64,000 bases of DNA from an uncultured Flavobacteriales bacterium (GTDB taxonomy: Bacteria; Bacteroidota; Bacteroidia; Flavobacteriales; BACL11), in contig CAJXYM010000007.1 in NCBI GenBank assembly GCA_913063045.1, forward strand, positions 8,993 through 72,992, in the 5' to 3' direction. Below are positions 17,037-27,255 of this stretch, one piece after another. Below the pieces are notes generated by a model. The model did not search any database. It saw only the letters and a list, made by a program, of their open reading frames with translations, and was not told the DNA's origin. Numbering within the stretch: the first letter of the stretch is position 1; each line of letters begins with the position of its first letter. The translations under genes were made by a program, and so were the position numbers.

Positions 17037-19997
17037 ATGACAACAACAAAAAAATATTGGAAAGGCCTTGCCCAGCTTCATGATGACCCAATTGTTGAAA
17101 AATTGGCTCAAAATGAATTTGTTGAAGAGCTTCCCGTTGAAAAATTCTTAGGAGATAAAGAGAATCTTTCTTCTACAAATAGTAGTAGAAGAGATTTCTT
17201 GAAATTTTTAGGTTTTAGTACTGCAGCTGCAACTTTGGCTGCTTGTGAAACTCCAATTGTAAAATCAATTCCTTATCTTGTTAAGCCCGATGAAATTATT
17301 CCTGGAGTAGCTAATTACTATGCTTCGACAATTTACGACGGTAGAGATTACGCTAGTGTTTTAGTTAAAACAAGAGAAGGGCGACCAATTAAAATTGAAA
17401 ATAATGGCACTTGTTCTAACTCTAGAGTACAGGCTTCAGTTCTTTCACTTTACGATTCTGCTAGACTAAAACATCCCTTAAAGCAAAATCAAGAAGCTTC
17501 ATGGAGAACAGTAGATTCTGAGATTGTCGAAAAATTAAGTAATATAAAAGAAGGAAAAATTGCATTACTTACCTCAACAATTTTAAGTCCAACTACAACT
17601 CAGCTTATTAAAGAGTTTTCTGATAAATATAAAAATGTAGAGCATCTTATGATTGATTCTACTCCTTACGATGGTATTTTAGATGCTAATTTAGATTCTT
17701 ATGGAGTACGACTAGCTCCTTCTTACAGTTTTGATAAAGCAGATGTAATTGTTTCATTTGGGGCTGATTTTCTTGCTAACTGGATGGCTAACGAGTATGC
17801 TACTGATTATGTAAACGGTAGGAATCCTAAAAATGGTAAAATGTCTAAGCATTACCAACTTGAAACTAATCTATCTCTTTCAGGAGCTAATGCGGATAAA
17901 AGAATTCAGATTAAACCTTCTGAGCATGGTTATTTAATTTCTAGTTTATATGATGCATTAAAAGGAAAGAAATTTGATTCTAGACTCTCTCCAATTGTTA
18001 AGTCTTTAAAATCTGCAAATGGAAAATCTATTATTATAAGTAATAGTAATGATAAAAATGTTCAACTTATTGTTAATGCTATTAACAATAAATTAAATAA
18101 TTATAATAATACTATTTCTATTAATGAGCCTACACATTTAAAGCAGGGTAATACTCAAAAATTAAATGATTTATTAGTCGATATGCAAGCAGGTGATGTT
18201 AAAGCACTCATTACATATAATGTTAACCCTTCATATTCTTATGCTAATTCAAGTCAATTTAATGAAGCACTAAAAAAAGTTGATTTAAAAATATCTACTT
18301 CATTACACAATGATGAAACAGCTTCACTTATGGATTATGTTTGTCCAGATAGTCATAATTTAGAGAGTTGGGGAGATGCTAGTCCTAAGCATGGGACTTA
18401 TTCACTAATGCAACCTACAATATCTCCACTTTTTAAAACAAGACAGTTTCAAGAGAGTTTATTAGTATGGACAGATAGATCAGATTATTTAACTTACCTC
18501 AAGAATTTTTGGACTAATAACGGAATAGACTGGAACGTTTCATTACACGATGGTTACTTTAATATATCTGAACCTAAATTATCTCTGAAAAATTTTATTG
18601 ATAAATCTTCCCCTATTAATCTTGTTTCCTCTAATGAAATAGAATTAGAGCTTTACGAGTCAATCGCTTTGGGAGACGGGTATCAAGCGAATAATCCTTG
18701 GCTACAAGAACTGCCTGATCCACTTACAAGAGCATGTTGGGATAATTATTTAACAATTTCTTCTCATACCGCAGAACAATTAGGATTATTAAATTGGAAT
18801 GTATCAAACGGAGCATTAAATGGAAGTCTTGTGGATATAACATCTGATGATGTTGTGTTAAGAAATGTACCAGTAATGATTAATCCAGGTCAAGCGCGCT
18901 CAACAGTGGGAATGGCAATTGGATATGGTCGAACTAAAGCAGGTAAGGCTGGTGATAATGTAGGGTTTAATGCTTATCCATTTACAAATAAAAAAACCAT
19001 TACTATTGAAAAAGTTGAGGGAGAATATGAGTTTGCTTCAATTCAGCTTCATCATACAATGATGGGTAGAGATATAGTAAAAGAGACAACATTAGCTGAC
19101 TATATAAAAGATCCTTCTTCTGGAAATCACAGAGAAACATATGCAACTTATAAAGGAAAATTAACTGCTGATAAAGTATCCTTATATGATGAGCATGATT
19201 TAGAACATGGACATTTTTGGAATCTTTCTATTGATCTTACCGCTTGTATTGGCTGCGGGGAATGTGTTATTTCTTGTCAAGCAGAAAATAATATTCCTGT
19301 TGTTGGAAAAGCTGAAGTAAGAAATAGTAGAGATATGCATTGGATGAGAATTGATAGATACTTCTCATCAGATATGACCGAAGAGCTTTCTGCAGAACAA
19401 AAAATTTCTATGATCGATATGTTTTCTGAAATGGAAGAACCATCAGAAAACCCTGAAGTTGTCTTTCAGCCTGTTATGTGTATGCATTGTAATCATGCAC
19501 CATGCGAAAATGTTTGTCCAGTTGCTGCAACTACCCACAGTAATGAAGGGTTAAATCAGATGACATACAATAGATGTGTTGGTACAAGATACTGCGCAAA
19601 TAACTGTCCTTATAAAGTTAGAAGGTTTAATTGGTTCCAATACTCAGATAATGATAAGTTTGATTTTAATATGAATGATGATTATGGGAAGATGGTTTTA
19701 AATCCTGATGTTGTTGTTAGGTCTAGAGGAGTTATTGAAAAATGCAGTATGTGTATTCAGAAAATCCAAGAACTTAAGTTAGATGCTAAGAAAAGTGGCA
19801 AGCCTATTGAAGATAAAGATGCTCAAACTGCTTGTGCTTCTTCTTGTTCGACAAATGCTATAATTTTTGGAGATTCAAATAATAAAGAGAGTTTAGTTTC
19901 AAAATTAAGAACTGATGAAAGAGCTTATGATTTATTAGATCATTTAAATGTTAGGCCTTCAGTGTTTTATCAAACTAAGATAAGAAATAAAGCATAA
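17037..19997 (+). CDS. actB: Alternative complex III subunit ActB (molybdopterin-oxidoreductase-like plus 4Fe-4S domains)
   Basis: 986 aa. Tat signal SRRDFLKFLGFS. Cys clusters CIGCGECVISC, CMHCNHAPCENVCP and CVGTRYCANNCP. Confidence 0.9.
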   Translation: MTTTKKYWKGLAQLHDDPIVEKLAQNEFVEELPVEKFLGDKENLSSTNSSRRDFLKFLGFSTAAATLAACETPIVKSIPYLVKPDEIIPGVANYYASTIYDGRDYASVLVKTREGRPIKIENNGTCSNSRVQASVLSLYDSARLKHPLKQNQEASWRTVDSEIVEKLSNIKEGKIALLTSTILSPTTTQLIKEFSDKYKNVEHLMIDSTPYDGILDANLDSYGVRLAPSYSFDKADVIVSFGADFLANWMANEYATDYVNGRNPKNGKMSKHYQLETNLSLSGANADKRIQIKPSEHGYLISSLYDALKGKKFDSRLSPIVKSLKSANGKSIIISNSNDKNVQLIVNAINNKLNNYNNTISINEPTHLKQGNTQKLNDLLVDMQAGDVKALITYNVNPSYSYANSSQFNEALKKVDLKISTSLHNDETASLMDYVCPDSHNLESWGDASPKHGTYSLMQPTISPLFKTRQFQESLLVWTDRSDYLTYLKNFWTNNGIDWNVSLHDGYFNISEPKLSLKNFIDKSSPINLVSSNEIELELYESIALGDGYQANNPWLQELPDPLTRACWDNYLTISSHTAEQLGLLNWNVSNGALNGSLVDITSDDVVLRNVPVMINPGQARSTVGMAIGYGRTKAGKAGDNVGFNAYPFTNKKTITIEKVEGEYEFASIQLHHTMMGRDIVKETTLADYIKDPSSGNHRETYATYKGKLTADKVSLYDEHDLEHGHFWNLSIDLTACIGCGECVISCQAENNIPVVGKAEVRNSRDMHWMRIDRYFSSDMTEELSAEQKISMIDMFSEMEEPSENPEVVFQPVMCMHCNHAPCENVCPVAATTHSNEGLNQMTYNRCVGTRYCANNCPYKVRRFNWFQYSDNDKFDFNMNDDYGKMVLNPDVVVRSRGVIEKCSMCIQKIQELKLDAKKSGKPIEDKDAQTACASSCSTNAIIFGDSNNKESLVSKLRTDERAYDLLDHLNVRPSVFYQTKIRNKA

Positions 19998-21382
19998 TGC
20001 ATAAAGAATCAGAAATTAGAGATCCGTTAATTCTTGGTAACAAAACTTATCATGATATAACAAGAGATATTGCTAGACCTGTTGAAGGAAAGGCAAATAA
20101 GTACTGGTGGATTTTATTTGGCTTGTCTGTCTTTTTGTTTTTATGGGGTGTAGGATGTATGGCGTATACAATAGGAACAGGTATTGGAGCTTGGGGTTTA
20201 AATAAAACAGTTAACTGGGCTTGGGATATTACTAATTTTGTTTGGTGGATTGGTATTGGACATGCCGGTACATTAATTTCTGCAGTTCTTCTATTATTCC
20301 GTCAAAAATGGAGGATGGCAATTAATAGATCCGCAGAGGCAATGACAATTTTTGGAGTTGTTCAAGCTGGCCTTTTTCCTTTAATTCACATGGGTAGACC
20401 TTGGTTAGCTTATTGGGTTTTTCCTTTTCCAAATGAATATGGTCCACTTTGGCAAAACTTTAATTCTCCTCTTTTATGGGATGTTTTTGCTATATCAACT
20501 TACCTTACTGTTTCGACTGTCTTTTGGTATATAGGTCTAATACCAGATTTTGCAATGATTAGAGATAGAATGAGTAAGACTATCAGTCCAATGAAAAAGA
20601 AACTATATACTTTACTTGCATTTGGATGGAGCGGTAGAGCGAAGCATTGGCAAAGATTTGAGGAAGTATCTCTTGTACTTGCAGGATTAGCAACTCCATT
20701 AGTTTTTTCAGTTCACTCTATTGTAAGTATGGACTTTGCTACTTCAATAATCCCTGGTTGGCATACAACAATATTTCCTCCATATTTTGTTCTTGGAGCA
20801 CTTTTTTCTGGATTTGCTATGGTTGAGACTTTACTAATTATTATGCGTAAGGTGGTTAATTTAGAAGCATATATTACAATAAAGCATATTGAATATATGA
20901 ATGTTATTATTCTTTTCACAGGATCTTTAGTTGGTACAGCATATATTACAGAGCTTTTTATGGCTTGGTATTCAGGGGTAGCTTTTGAGCAGTATGCATT
21001 TATAAATAGAGCAACTGGTCCTTACTGGTGGGCTTATATGGCTATGATGTCATGTAATGTAATTATTCCTCAATTATATTGGATTAAAAAAGTTAGAACA
21101 TCTTTTATCGCAACATTTATTCTATCAATCTTTGTAAATATAGGTATGTGGTTTGAGCGTTTTGTGATTATTGTCACATCATTACATAGAGATTTTCTTC
21201 CATCATCTTGGACTATGTTCTCTCCTACATTTATTGATATTGGTATATTCCTTGGGACAATTGGATTCTTTTTTACACTATTTTTGATGTACGCTAGAAC
21301 ATTCCCTGTTGTTGCGCAGGCAGAATTAAAAACAATTTTAAAATCTTCAGGGTCTGAATATAAAAATAAGAGTCATGAATAA
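19997..21382 (+). CDS. actC: Alternative complex III NrfD/PsrC-like membrane subunit ActC
   Basis: 461-aa polytopic membrane protein. TAATG overlap with actB. Position in the operon. Confidence 0.88.
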   Translation: MHKESEIRDPLILGNKTYHDITRDIARPVEGKANKYWWILFGLSVFLFLWGVGCMAYTIGTGIGAWGLNKTVNWAWDITNFVWWIGIGHAGTLISAVLLLFRQKWRMAINRSAEAMTIFGVVQAGLFPLIHMGRPWLAYWVFPFPNEYGPLWQNFNSPLLWDVFAISTYLTVSTVFWYIGLIPDFAMIRDRMSKTISPMKKKLYTLLAFGWSGRAKHWQRFEEVSLVLAGLATPLVFSVHSIVSMDFATSIIPGWHTTIFPPYFVLGALFSGFAMVETLLIIMRKVVNLEAYITIKHIEYMNVIILFTGSLVGTAYITELFMAWYSGVAFEQYAFINRATGPYWWAYMAMMSCNVIIPQLYWIKKVRTSFIATFILSIFVNIGMWFERFVIIVTSLHRDFLPSSWTMFSPTFIDIGIFLGTIGFFFTLFLMYARTFPVVAQAELKTILKSSGSEYKNKSHE

Positions 21383-21917
21383 AAAAGTATTATATGCTAT
21401 TTTCGATGATGAAGAGATTTTATTAAAATCTGTAAAAGAACTTAGATCTAAGGATATAGCAATTGAAGAGGTATATAGTCCTTTTCCAGTTCACGGTTTA
21501 GATCATGCACTTGGATTTAAAGAAACTAGAATGGCTATTACAGCATTTATATATGGATGTGTTGGTCTTGCATTTGGAGCATTATTAATTTACTATATTA
21601 TGATTTCTGGAGTTGGAAAAAGTTGGCCAATGAATATTGGTGGAAAACCAAATTGGACTTTTTATCATAATTTTCCAGCTTTTGTTCCTATAATGTTTGA
21701 ATGTACTGTTCTTTTCGCTGGTCACTTAATGGCATTAACTTATTTTTTTAGAAATCAATTGTACCCTGGAGCAACTACAGCTAGCCCTGACCCAAGAACT
21801 ACAGATGATAAGTTTTTAATGGAAATTGTTGTTGATGGTGATGATAAAGAAATGAGAAAACTCTTATCTGATACTGGAGCTTCAGAAATTAATGAAAAAG
21901 ATTCTAATGATAAATAG
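21375..21917 (+). CDS. actD: Alternative complex III subunit ActD (DUF3341-like)
   Basis: 180 aa with central hydrophobic helices. 8-nt overlap with actC. Called from operon position. Confidence 0.75.
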   Translation: MNKKVLYAIFDDEEILLKSVKELRSKDIAIEEVYSPFPVHGLDHALGFKETRMAITAFIYGCVGLAFGALLIYYIMISGVGKSWPMNIGGKPNWTFYHNFPAFVPIMFECTVLFAGHLMALTYFFRNQLYPGATTASPDPRTTDDKFLMEIVVDGDDKEMRKLLSDTGASEINEKDSNDK

Positions 21918-22482
21918 AGTAATTTTATTTTTTGCATTTATATTAATTGTTTCATCTTGTTCAAATCCTGGACCAGGATATGAATTTATGCCTAATATGT
22001 ATAGGTCTCCTTCTTTGGAAACTTATGGTCAGAACTCTGTCTTTGAAGATAGTTCAAATGCGCGTCTTCCTGTTAAAGGAACAATTGCTAGAAATTATCT
22101 ATCAACATTTTATTATGAAGGCTCTCTGCAAGGGTATTTAGAGGCAGGAGAAAATGCAGTTAACCCTTTTCTTAATGATGAAGTAAATATTGAGGAAGGT
22201 AAAAAATTATATTCCATGTTTTGTCAACACTGTCATGGAGAATTTGGTGCAGGCGGAGGGTCAATAACCCATCCTGTTTATTCTGCTATTCCTCATTATA
22301 ATGATTCTAAAATGTTAAGAAGAGCTAATGTTCCTATGAATCAGTTAACATCCGGACATATTTTTCATGCACTTACTTATGGATTAAATGCTATGGGGCC
22401 TCATTCATCACAGTTAAGTGAAGAAGAAAGATGGAAAATAACTATTTATGTACAAGAACTTCAAAAATATAATGCTGAATAA
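21892..22482 (+). CDS. actE: Alternative complex III monohaem cytochrome c lipoprotein ActE
   Basis: Lipobox VSSC and a single CQHCH motif. Overlaps the actD end; an alternative ATG lies at 21907. Confidence 0.8.
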   Translation: MKKILMINRVILFFAFILIVSSCSNPGPGYEFMPNMYRSPSLETYGQNSVFEDSSNARLPVKGTIARNYLSTFYYEGSLQGYLEAGENAVNPFLNDEVNIEEGKKLYSMFCQHCHGEFGAGGGSITHPVYSAIPHYNDSKMLRRANVPMNQLTSGHIFHALTYGLNAMGPHSSQLSEEERWKITIYVQELQKYNAE

Positions 22483-22493
22483 ATTTATTTATA

Positions 22494-23684
22494 ATGTATA
22501 AAATTTCTAAATCCTCTTTTATATTCTCAATTAGCTTAATTGTAATAGGTTTATTTTCTTCAATTTATGCATTCATGCATGATGCTCATGCTGCCTGGAC
22601 TAGCTTAATTTTTAACAATTATTTCTTTTTAGGTATTTCAATTTTTGCAGTTTTCTTTGTTGCTTTACAGCATGTTGCCGAGGCAGGTTGGTCTACTGTT
22701 ATTAAAAGAGTACCTGAAGCAATCATGACATTTTTGCCTTATGCCTGTGGTGTAATGATATTTATTGTTGTAGCAGCCTTACTTCATTGGAATCATATTT
22801 ACCATTGGTTACAGCCTGGGATAATGGATCCTAATGATTCTCATTATGATAAAATTATTGCTGGAAAAGAAGCATATCTTAATCCTATATTCTTTTTAGT
22901 TAGGTCTTTAATATATGTTACTGTATGGATTTATTGTGCTAAAAGATTACGTGATATTTCTCTTCAAGGAGATCTAGAGGGAGGTTTAGGTGCTAAATCA
23001 TACAACAAAGGAATTACTGTTTCTGCATGGTTTATTGTATTTTTTGCAGTCAGCTCTTCAATGGCTTCTTGGGATTGGATTATGTCTATTGATACGCATT
23101 GGTTCAGTACTTTATTTGGCTGGTATATTTTTTCAGAATGGGCTGCTATAGGCTTTACAACTATATTACTTTTTTGTTTATTGCTTAAAAGACAGGGTTA
23201 TCTTCAAGATTTAAATGATAGTATTATTCATGATCTAGGTAAATGGGTTTTTGCATTTTCAGTTGTCTGGACCTATATGTGGTTTTCTCAATTTATGTTA
23301 ATATGGTATGCTAATATTCCAGAAGAAGTAACTTATTTTATGGAAAGAATTGAATTACCAAACTATAGATTTTTATTCTGGTTTAGTGCAGGTCTTAATT
23401 TTGTTATTCCTACAATTGTTTTAATGAGTAGAGATGCTAAACGAAACTCAACAAATCTAATTATTGCATGCGTTGTTATATTAATTGGACATTGGTTAAA
23501 TTCATATCTCTTGTTTGCTCCCGGAACTCTTCATGAGCACGGTCACCTATCTTTTACAGATGTTGGTATGGGTCTAGGATTTACTGGAGTCTTTCTTCTA
23601 GTTGTGTTTAGAAGCTTAACAACTAGAAGTTTAGATATTAAGCACCACCCATTTTTAGAAGAGAGTAAACATCTTCATACATAA
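22494..23684 (+). CDS. actF: Alternative complex III membrane subunit ActF
   Basis: 396-aa polytopic, Trp-rich membrane protein. Last gene of the act operon. Confidence 0.78.
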   Translation: MYKISKSSFIFSISLIVIGLFSSIYAFMHDAHAAWTSLIFNNYFFLGISIFAVFFVALQHVAEAGWSTVIKRVPEAIMTFLPYACGVMIFIVVAALLHWNHIYHWLQPGIMDPNDSHYDKIIAGKEAYLNPIFFLVRSLIYVTVWIYCAKRLRDISLQGDLEGGLGAKSYNKGITVSAWFIVFFAVSSSMASWDWIMSIDTHWFSTLFGWYIFSEWAAIGFTTILLFCLLLKRQGYLQDLNDSIIHDLGKWVFAFSVVWTYMWFSQFMLIWYANIPEEVTYFMERIELPNYRFLFWFSAGLNFVIPTIVLMSRDAKRNSTNLIIACVVILIGHWLNSYLLFAPGTLHEHGHLSFTDVGMGLGFTGVFLLVVFRSLTTRSLDIKHHPFLEESKHLHT

Positions 23685-23740
23685 AACTATTTTGTTTTTT
23701 ATTAGTTGATTATGTTTCATTCTTATTACCTTTAGTTTAT

Positions 23741-23748
23741 TATTTTTG
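23741..23748 (+). promoter_or_regulatory. Bacteroidota -7 promoter box (TATTTTTG) immediately before ruvB
   Basis: Exact TAnnTTTG ending only 7 nt before the ruvB ATG at 23756. Confidence 0.3.
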
Positions 23749-23755
23749 TTAATAT

Positions 23756-24778
23756 ATGAATGAGCAATTAAATCCTGAAGGAGAAAATCTAAGTAATGAA
23801 GAAGTAGAATTTGAACAAGTTTTACGTCCAAAACAATTTACAGATTTTAAAGGTCAAGATAAAATTGTTGATAATCTTGAGGTTTTTATTGAAGCAGCTA
23901 AACAAAGAGAAGAAGCATTAGATCATGTATTACTTCATGGTCCTCCTGGATTAGGAAAGACCACTTTGTCTTATATTATTGCTAATGAATTAGAAGTTGA
24001 TATTACTACAACCTCAGGGCCTGTTCTTGATAAGCCTGGTGATCTAGCTGGATTATTAACAAACCTTGAAACTAGAGACGTTCTTTTTATTGACGAAATT
24101 CATAGACTAAACCCAATTGTTGAAGAGTACCTTTATTCAGCGATGGAAGATTATCAGATTGATATCATGATTGAATCTGGACCTAATGCTAGAACAGTGC
24201 AAATAAAGCTCAATCCATTTACATTAATTGGAGCAACAACTCGATCTGGATTACTTACTTCTCCATTAAGAGCACGTTTTGGAATTAATTCTAGACTTGA
24301 ATATTACGGGGCAGAACTTTTGTCTGAGATTATAAATAGATCTTCAGCTATCTTGGATGTTAGTATTTCTAAAGATGCTGCAAACGAAATTGCTAGAAGA
24401 AGTAGAGGTACTCCTAGAATTGCTAATGCTCTTTTAAGAAGAGTAAGGGATTTTGCTCAAATAAAAGGAAATGGAAATATTGATAGTGAAATTACAAAAT
24501 ATTCTTTAAAGGCTTTAAATGTTGATGAAAATGGTTTAGATGAAATGGATAATAGGATTTTATCTGCTATCATTGATAAATTTAAAGGAGGTCCTGTGGG
24601 ACTTACAACAATTGCTACAGCAGTTGGAGAACAAGCCGGTACTATTGAAGAAGTTTATGAGCCATTTTTAATTAAAGAAGGTTATTTAATGCGTACACCT
24701 CGTGGAAGGCAAGCAACAGATTTAGCTTTTAAACATTTAGGTAGAGTAAAATCTCCCAATCAATCTGATCTATTTTAA
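23756..24778 (+). CDS. ruvB: Holliday junction branch migration ATPase RuvB
   Basis: Motifs [12 protein letters not shown], Walker [10 protein letters not shown], Walker B FIDEIHRL, and [16 protein letters not shown]. Confidence 0.97.
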   Translation: MNEQLNPEGENLSNEEVEFEQVLRPKQFTDFKGQDKIVDNLEVFIEAAKQREEALDHVLLHGPPGLGKTTLSYIIANELEVDITTTSGPVLDKPGDLAGLLTNLETRDVLFIDEIHRLNPIVEEYLYSAMEDYQIDIMIESGPNARTVQIKLNPFTLIGATTRSGLLTSPLRARFGINSRLEYYGAELLSEIINRSSAILDVSISKDAANEIARRSRGTPRIANALLRRVRDFAQIKGNGNIDSEITKYSLKALNVDENGLDEMDNRILSAIIDKFKGGPVGLTTIATAVGEQAGTIEEVYEPFLIKEGYLMRTPRGRQATDLAFKHLGRVKSPNQSDLF

Positions 24779-24960
24779 GAAAAATTATCAAAAACATCTT
24801 TTATTATAAGTCTATAATGGGCAAAATATGTTAATGCCCATATTTTTAGATTAGCAAGATCTTTTTTATTTAACCATTTAGTAGATTTTGCTAATTCTTT
24901 TTTGAATAGCCTAGGGTCAAAGCTTACTTTGTTTAAAATTTTTTTGCAGAAATTGAGCAT
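24775..24960 (-). CDS. Small basic hypothetical protein (61 aa)
   Basis: ORF whose ATG overlaps the stop of the upstream 48-codon ORF (TAATG). Lys-rich and helical-looking. No recognisable family. Confidence 0.3.
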   Translation of the reverse strand: MLNFCKKILNKVSFDPRLFKKELAKSTKWLNKKDLANLKIWALTYFAHYRLIIKDVFDNFS

Positions 24961-25106
24961 TAAGATTTAAATATTTTAATAATACAATATATAGTAACGC
25001 TGGATAACCCAATTAAAGTAATGAAAGATGCGTATGGCCATTCCATACTGTGAAATAATAGACCAATACTTGAAATTGCTATTGCAGTGTATTTAAGTTT
25101 TTCCAT
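24960..25106 (-). CDS. Small two-helix membrane protein (48 aa), below the ORF-track cutoff
   Basis: My own translation: MEKLKYTAIAISSIGLLFHSMEWPYASFITLIGLSSVTIYCIIKIFKS. Two hydrophobic helices. Starts 22 nt downstream of the ubiX stop. Confidence 0.3.
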   Translation of the reverse strand: MEKLKYTAIAISSIGLLFHSMEWPYASFITLIGLSSVTIYCIIKIFKS

Positions 25107-25128
25107 AACTTAAGAACGAAATAATAAA

Positions 25129-25701
25129 TTATTTATTGTTTTCTCCCCAACTGTATTTATCAAATTCAAATTCACATAAACTTAATGCTCTATCTATAAC
25201 TGTAGCAGCTAATTCTTCAAATGTTTTTGGTTTACTGTAGAATGATGGGGTAGCAGGACAAATTATTCCTCCTGCTTCAGTTATAGTTTTCATATTATTT
25301 ATATGTATAAGACTATATGGTGCTTCTCTAGCAATAATTATAAGTTTTCTTCTTTCTTTAAGTATTACATCAGCTGCTCTTGTGGTTAAGTCATTAGAAA
25401 TACCACTCGATATTCTTCCCATTGTTCCCATCGAGCAAGGACATATAATCATACAATTATAATTAGCAGATCCTGAGGCAAATGGCGCTTTAAAATCCAT
25501 TTTGTTGTAAAATTGAAATGGATACTTATCATAGTCTTTATTTTCTAATTCTGTTTCCCAGACATATTTAGCATTATCAGACATAAGAATTCCAACATTT
25601 TCAATCTGATCCTGTAATTTCATAAGTTTATCTAATAAAACTTTTGCGTATAAAGAGCCACTAGCTCCAGTAATTGCTATAATGATTTTATTTTTTTTCA
25701 T
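25129..25701 (-). CDS. ubiX: Flavin prenyltransferase UbiX
   Basis: FMN loop IIIAITGASGSLYA, motif PCSMGTMGRISSG. 190 aa. Confidence 0.92.
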   Translation of the reverse strand: MKKNKIIIAITGASGSLYAKVLLDKLMKLQDQIENVGILMSDNAKYVWETELENKDYDKYPFQFYNKMDFKAPFASGSANYNCMIICPCSMGTMGRISSGISNDLTTRAADVILKERRKLIIIAREAPYSLIHINNMKTITEAGGIICPATPSFYSKPKTFEELAATVIDRALSLCEFEFDKYSWGENNK

Positions 25702-26298
25702 TTATAATTGGTATTGTAATGAGAAGTTAATTCCGGTATTATACTTCCCTTTATTAAAGTAATATGATTGACCTGATTGGTGTTCAGCGATTGGTATTAT
25801 AGAGTTACTTAATCTAGTGTTTAAAATTACTTTTGGGTTTAAGTAATATGAAATCCCTATTAGTGCGCCTAAATCTAATTTGTTAAATTTTATTTGATTT
25901 TCTAATTCACCATATAGGTCAGAATAATACCCGTTAATTAAAGCTGCTATCTGTATACCTAGATCTATTTGTAAAATTGAAGACTGTTTGAGTTTTATGA
26001 TTAAAGGCACCTCTAAATAATTAAGATTAATATTTGCAATATCAGGGAATTTTTCTCTTTTTTGATTAACACTCCCTTTTTGTATAAAAGTCATCTCAAT
26101 CTGTATATTCATTTCGGAATTAAGATCTCTATTTACAAACCCCCCTAACAGTAAACCTGCTTTGTGAAAACCTGCAAGATTATCGCCAGAAACTTGTGTT
26201 GTACTTAGTCCTAAGATAGCTCCAGCATTAAAGTTTTGAGAATAACTATAATTGAAGGAGTATATTAATATTAATAAAATATTTAATAATTTTTTCAT
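25702..26298 (-). CDS. Small porin-family outer-membrane beta-barrel protein
   Basis: 198 aa. Signal peptide ending YSYSQ, alternating beta-strand pattern, C-terminal FSLQYQL. Confidence 0.55.
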   Translation of the reverse strand: MKKLLNILLILIYSFNYSYSQNFNAGAILGLSTTQVSGDNLAGFHKAGLLLGGFVNRDLNSEMNIQIEMTFIQKGSVNQKREKFPDIANINLNYLEVPLIIKLKQSSILQIDLGIQIAALINGYYSDLYGELENQIKFNKLDLGALIGISYYLNPKVILNTRLSNSIIPIAEHQSGQSYYFNKGKYNTGINFSLQYQL

Positions 26299-26299
26299 A

Positions 26300-27250
26300 T
26301 TATCTAAAGCTTACTCCTGCTCCAATTGAGAATACTGAATACTCACTAAGAGTATAGTTTGCTTGAAATGCTATTAATGCGATATTAAACCTAAGCCCAA
26401 TATTTGCTCTAAAGTCATTAAATCTTTGAAACTCCATATCTATAGGTAGTTGAATATCTAGATCGCCTAAATTAAAGTACTGAACAACATTTAAAGGACT
26501 AGTAGCAACATTAAAAGATGAAATTGAAGAACTATAACCAAGACTTGCAAAGCCTGTTAGCATTAAGATTTTTCTAGATGCAATTATATTAATGTTTGCA
26601 GCTTTAGTGTTAAGATTAACCTCTTGATTTAAAATAGTTTGTTTAGTGCTTAGATCCGTATATCCTGCTTGTAATGAAACGCTTAGAGGTATTGCATCTC
26701 CAATAATTGGAATCCACTGTAAAATATCATGTTTAAAACCAATACCCCATAAACTTACTTCTCCTTTACCAGCAAATCCTGCCTGAAAATTATAATTTGG
26801 AATATATCTAGCATTGATTTCAGTTTTTTTAATAAGCCCTATACCAATATTAGCAGTTGGAAGAGCTAATATAGATATTGAAGAAGCTTGATTAGGTAAT
26901 TTGAACTCATTGCCATTATACTCAACTAAAGCTCCTTCTCCCTTTCCTAATATTGTAGGAGTCTCTGTGTTAGATGAAAAATTTGATAAAGTATTAGGGT
27001 CAAAACTTTTCTTAGCTTTAGGAATGAACAAGGAATTTAAAGATATTGATACGTCAAAACCTCCAAACTTATGTGTTCTGGCAGAATTATACCAACCATT
27101 ATTAAGCATCGCTCCTAAACCTTCTCCCATCGGGGAGAGATATTCTTCTAAAAATAGTTTTGCATCATTTTGATTTTCTATTGTTACTTGAGAATATATA
27201 GATTGCTGACTAATTACTAAACTAAATATAATGGTTAGTAATCTAGACAT
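26300..27250 (-). CDS. Exported hypothetical protein, probable outer-membrane beta-barrel
   Basis: 316 aa. Signal peptide ending SIYSQ. C-terminal aromatic-rich strands ending GAGVSFR. Confidence 0.4.
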   Translation of the reverse strand: MSRLLTIIFSLVISQQSIYSQVTIENQNDAKLFLEEYLSPMGEGLGAMLNNGWYNSARTHKFGGFDVSISLNSLFIPKAKKSFDPNTLSNFSSNTETPTILGKGEGALVEYNGNEFKLPNQASSISILALPTANIGIGLIKKTEINARYIPNYNFQAGFAGKGEVSLWGIGFKHDILQWIPIIGDAIPLSVSLQAGYTDLSTKQTILNQEVNLNTKAANINIIASRKILMLTGFASLGYSSSISSFNVATSPLNVVQYFNLGDLDIQLPIDMEFQRFNDFRANIGLRFNIALIAFQANYTLSEYSVFSIGAGVSFR

Positions 27251-27255
27251 AAAAT

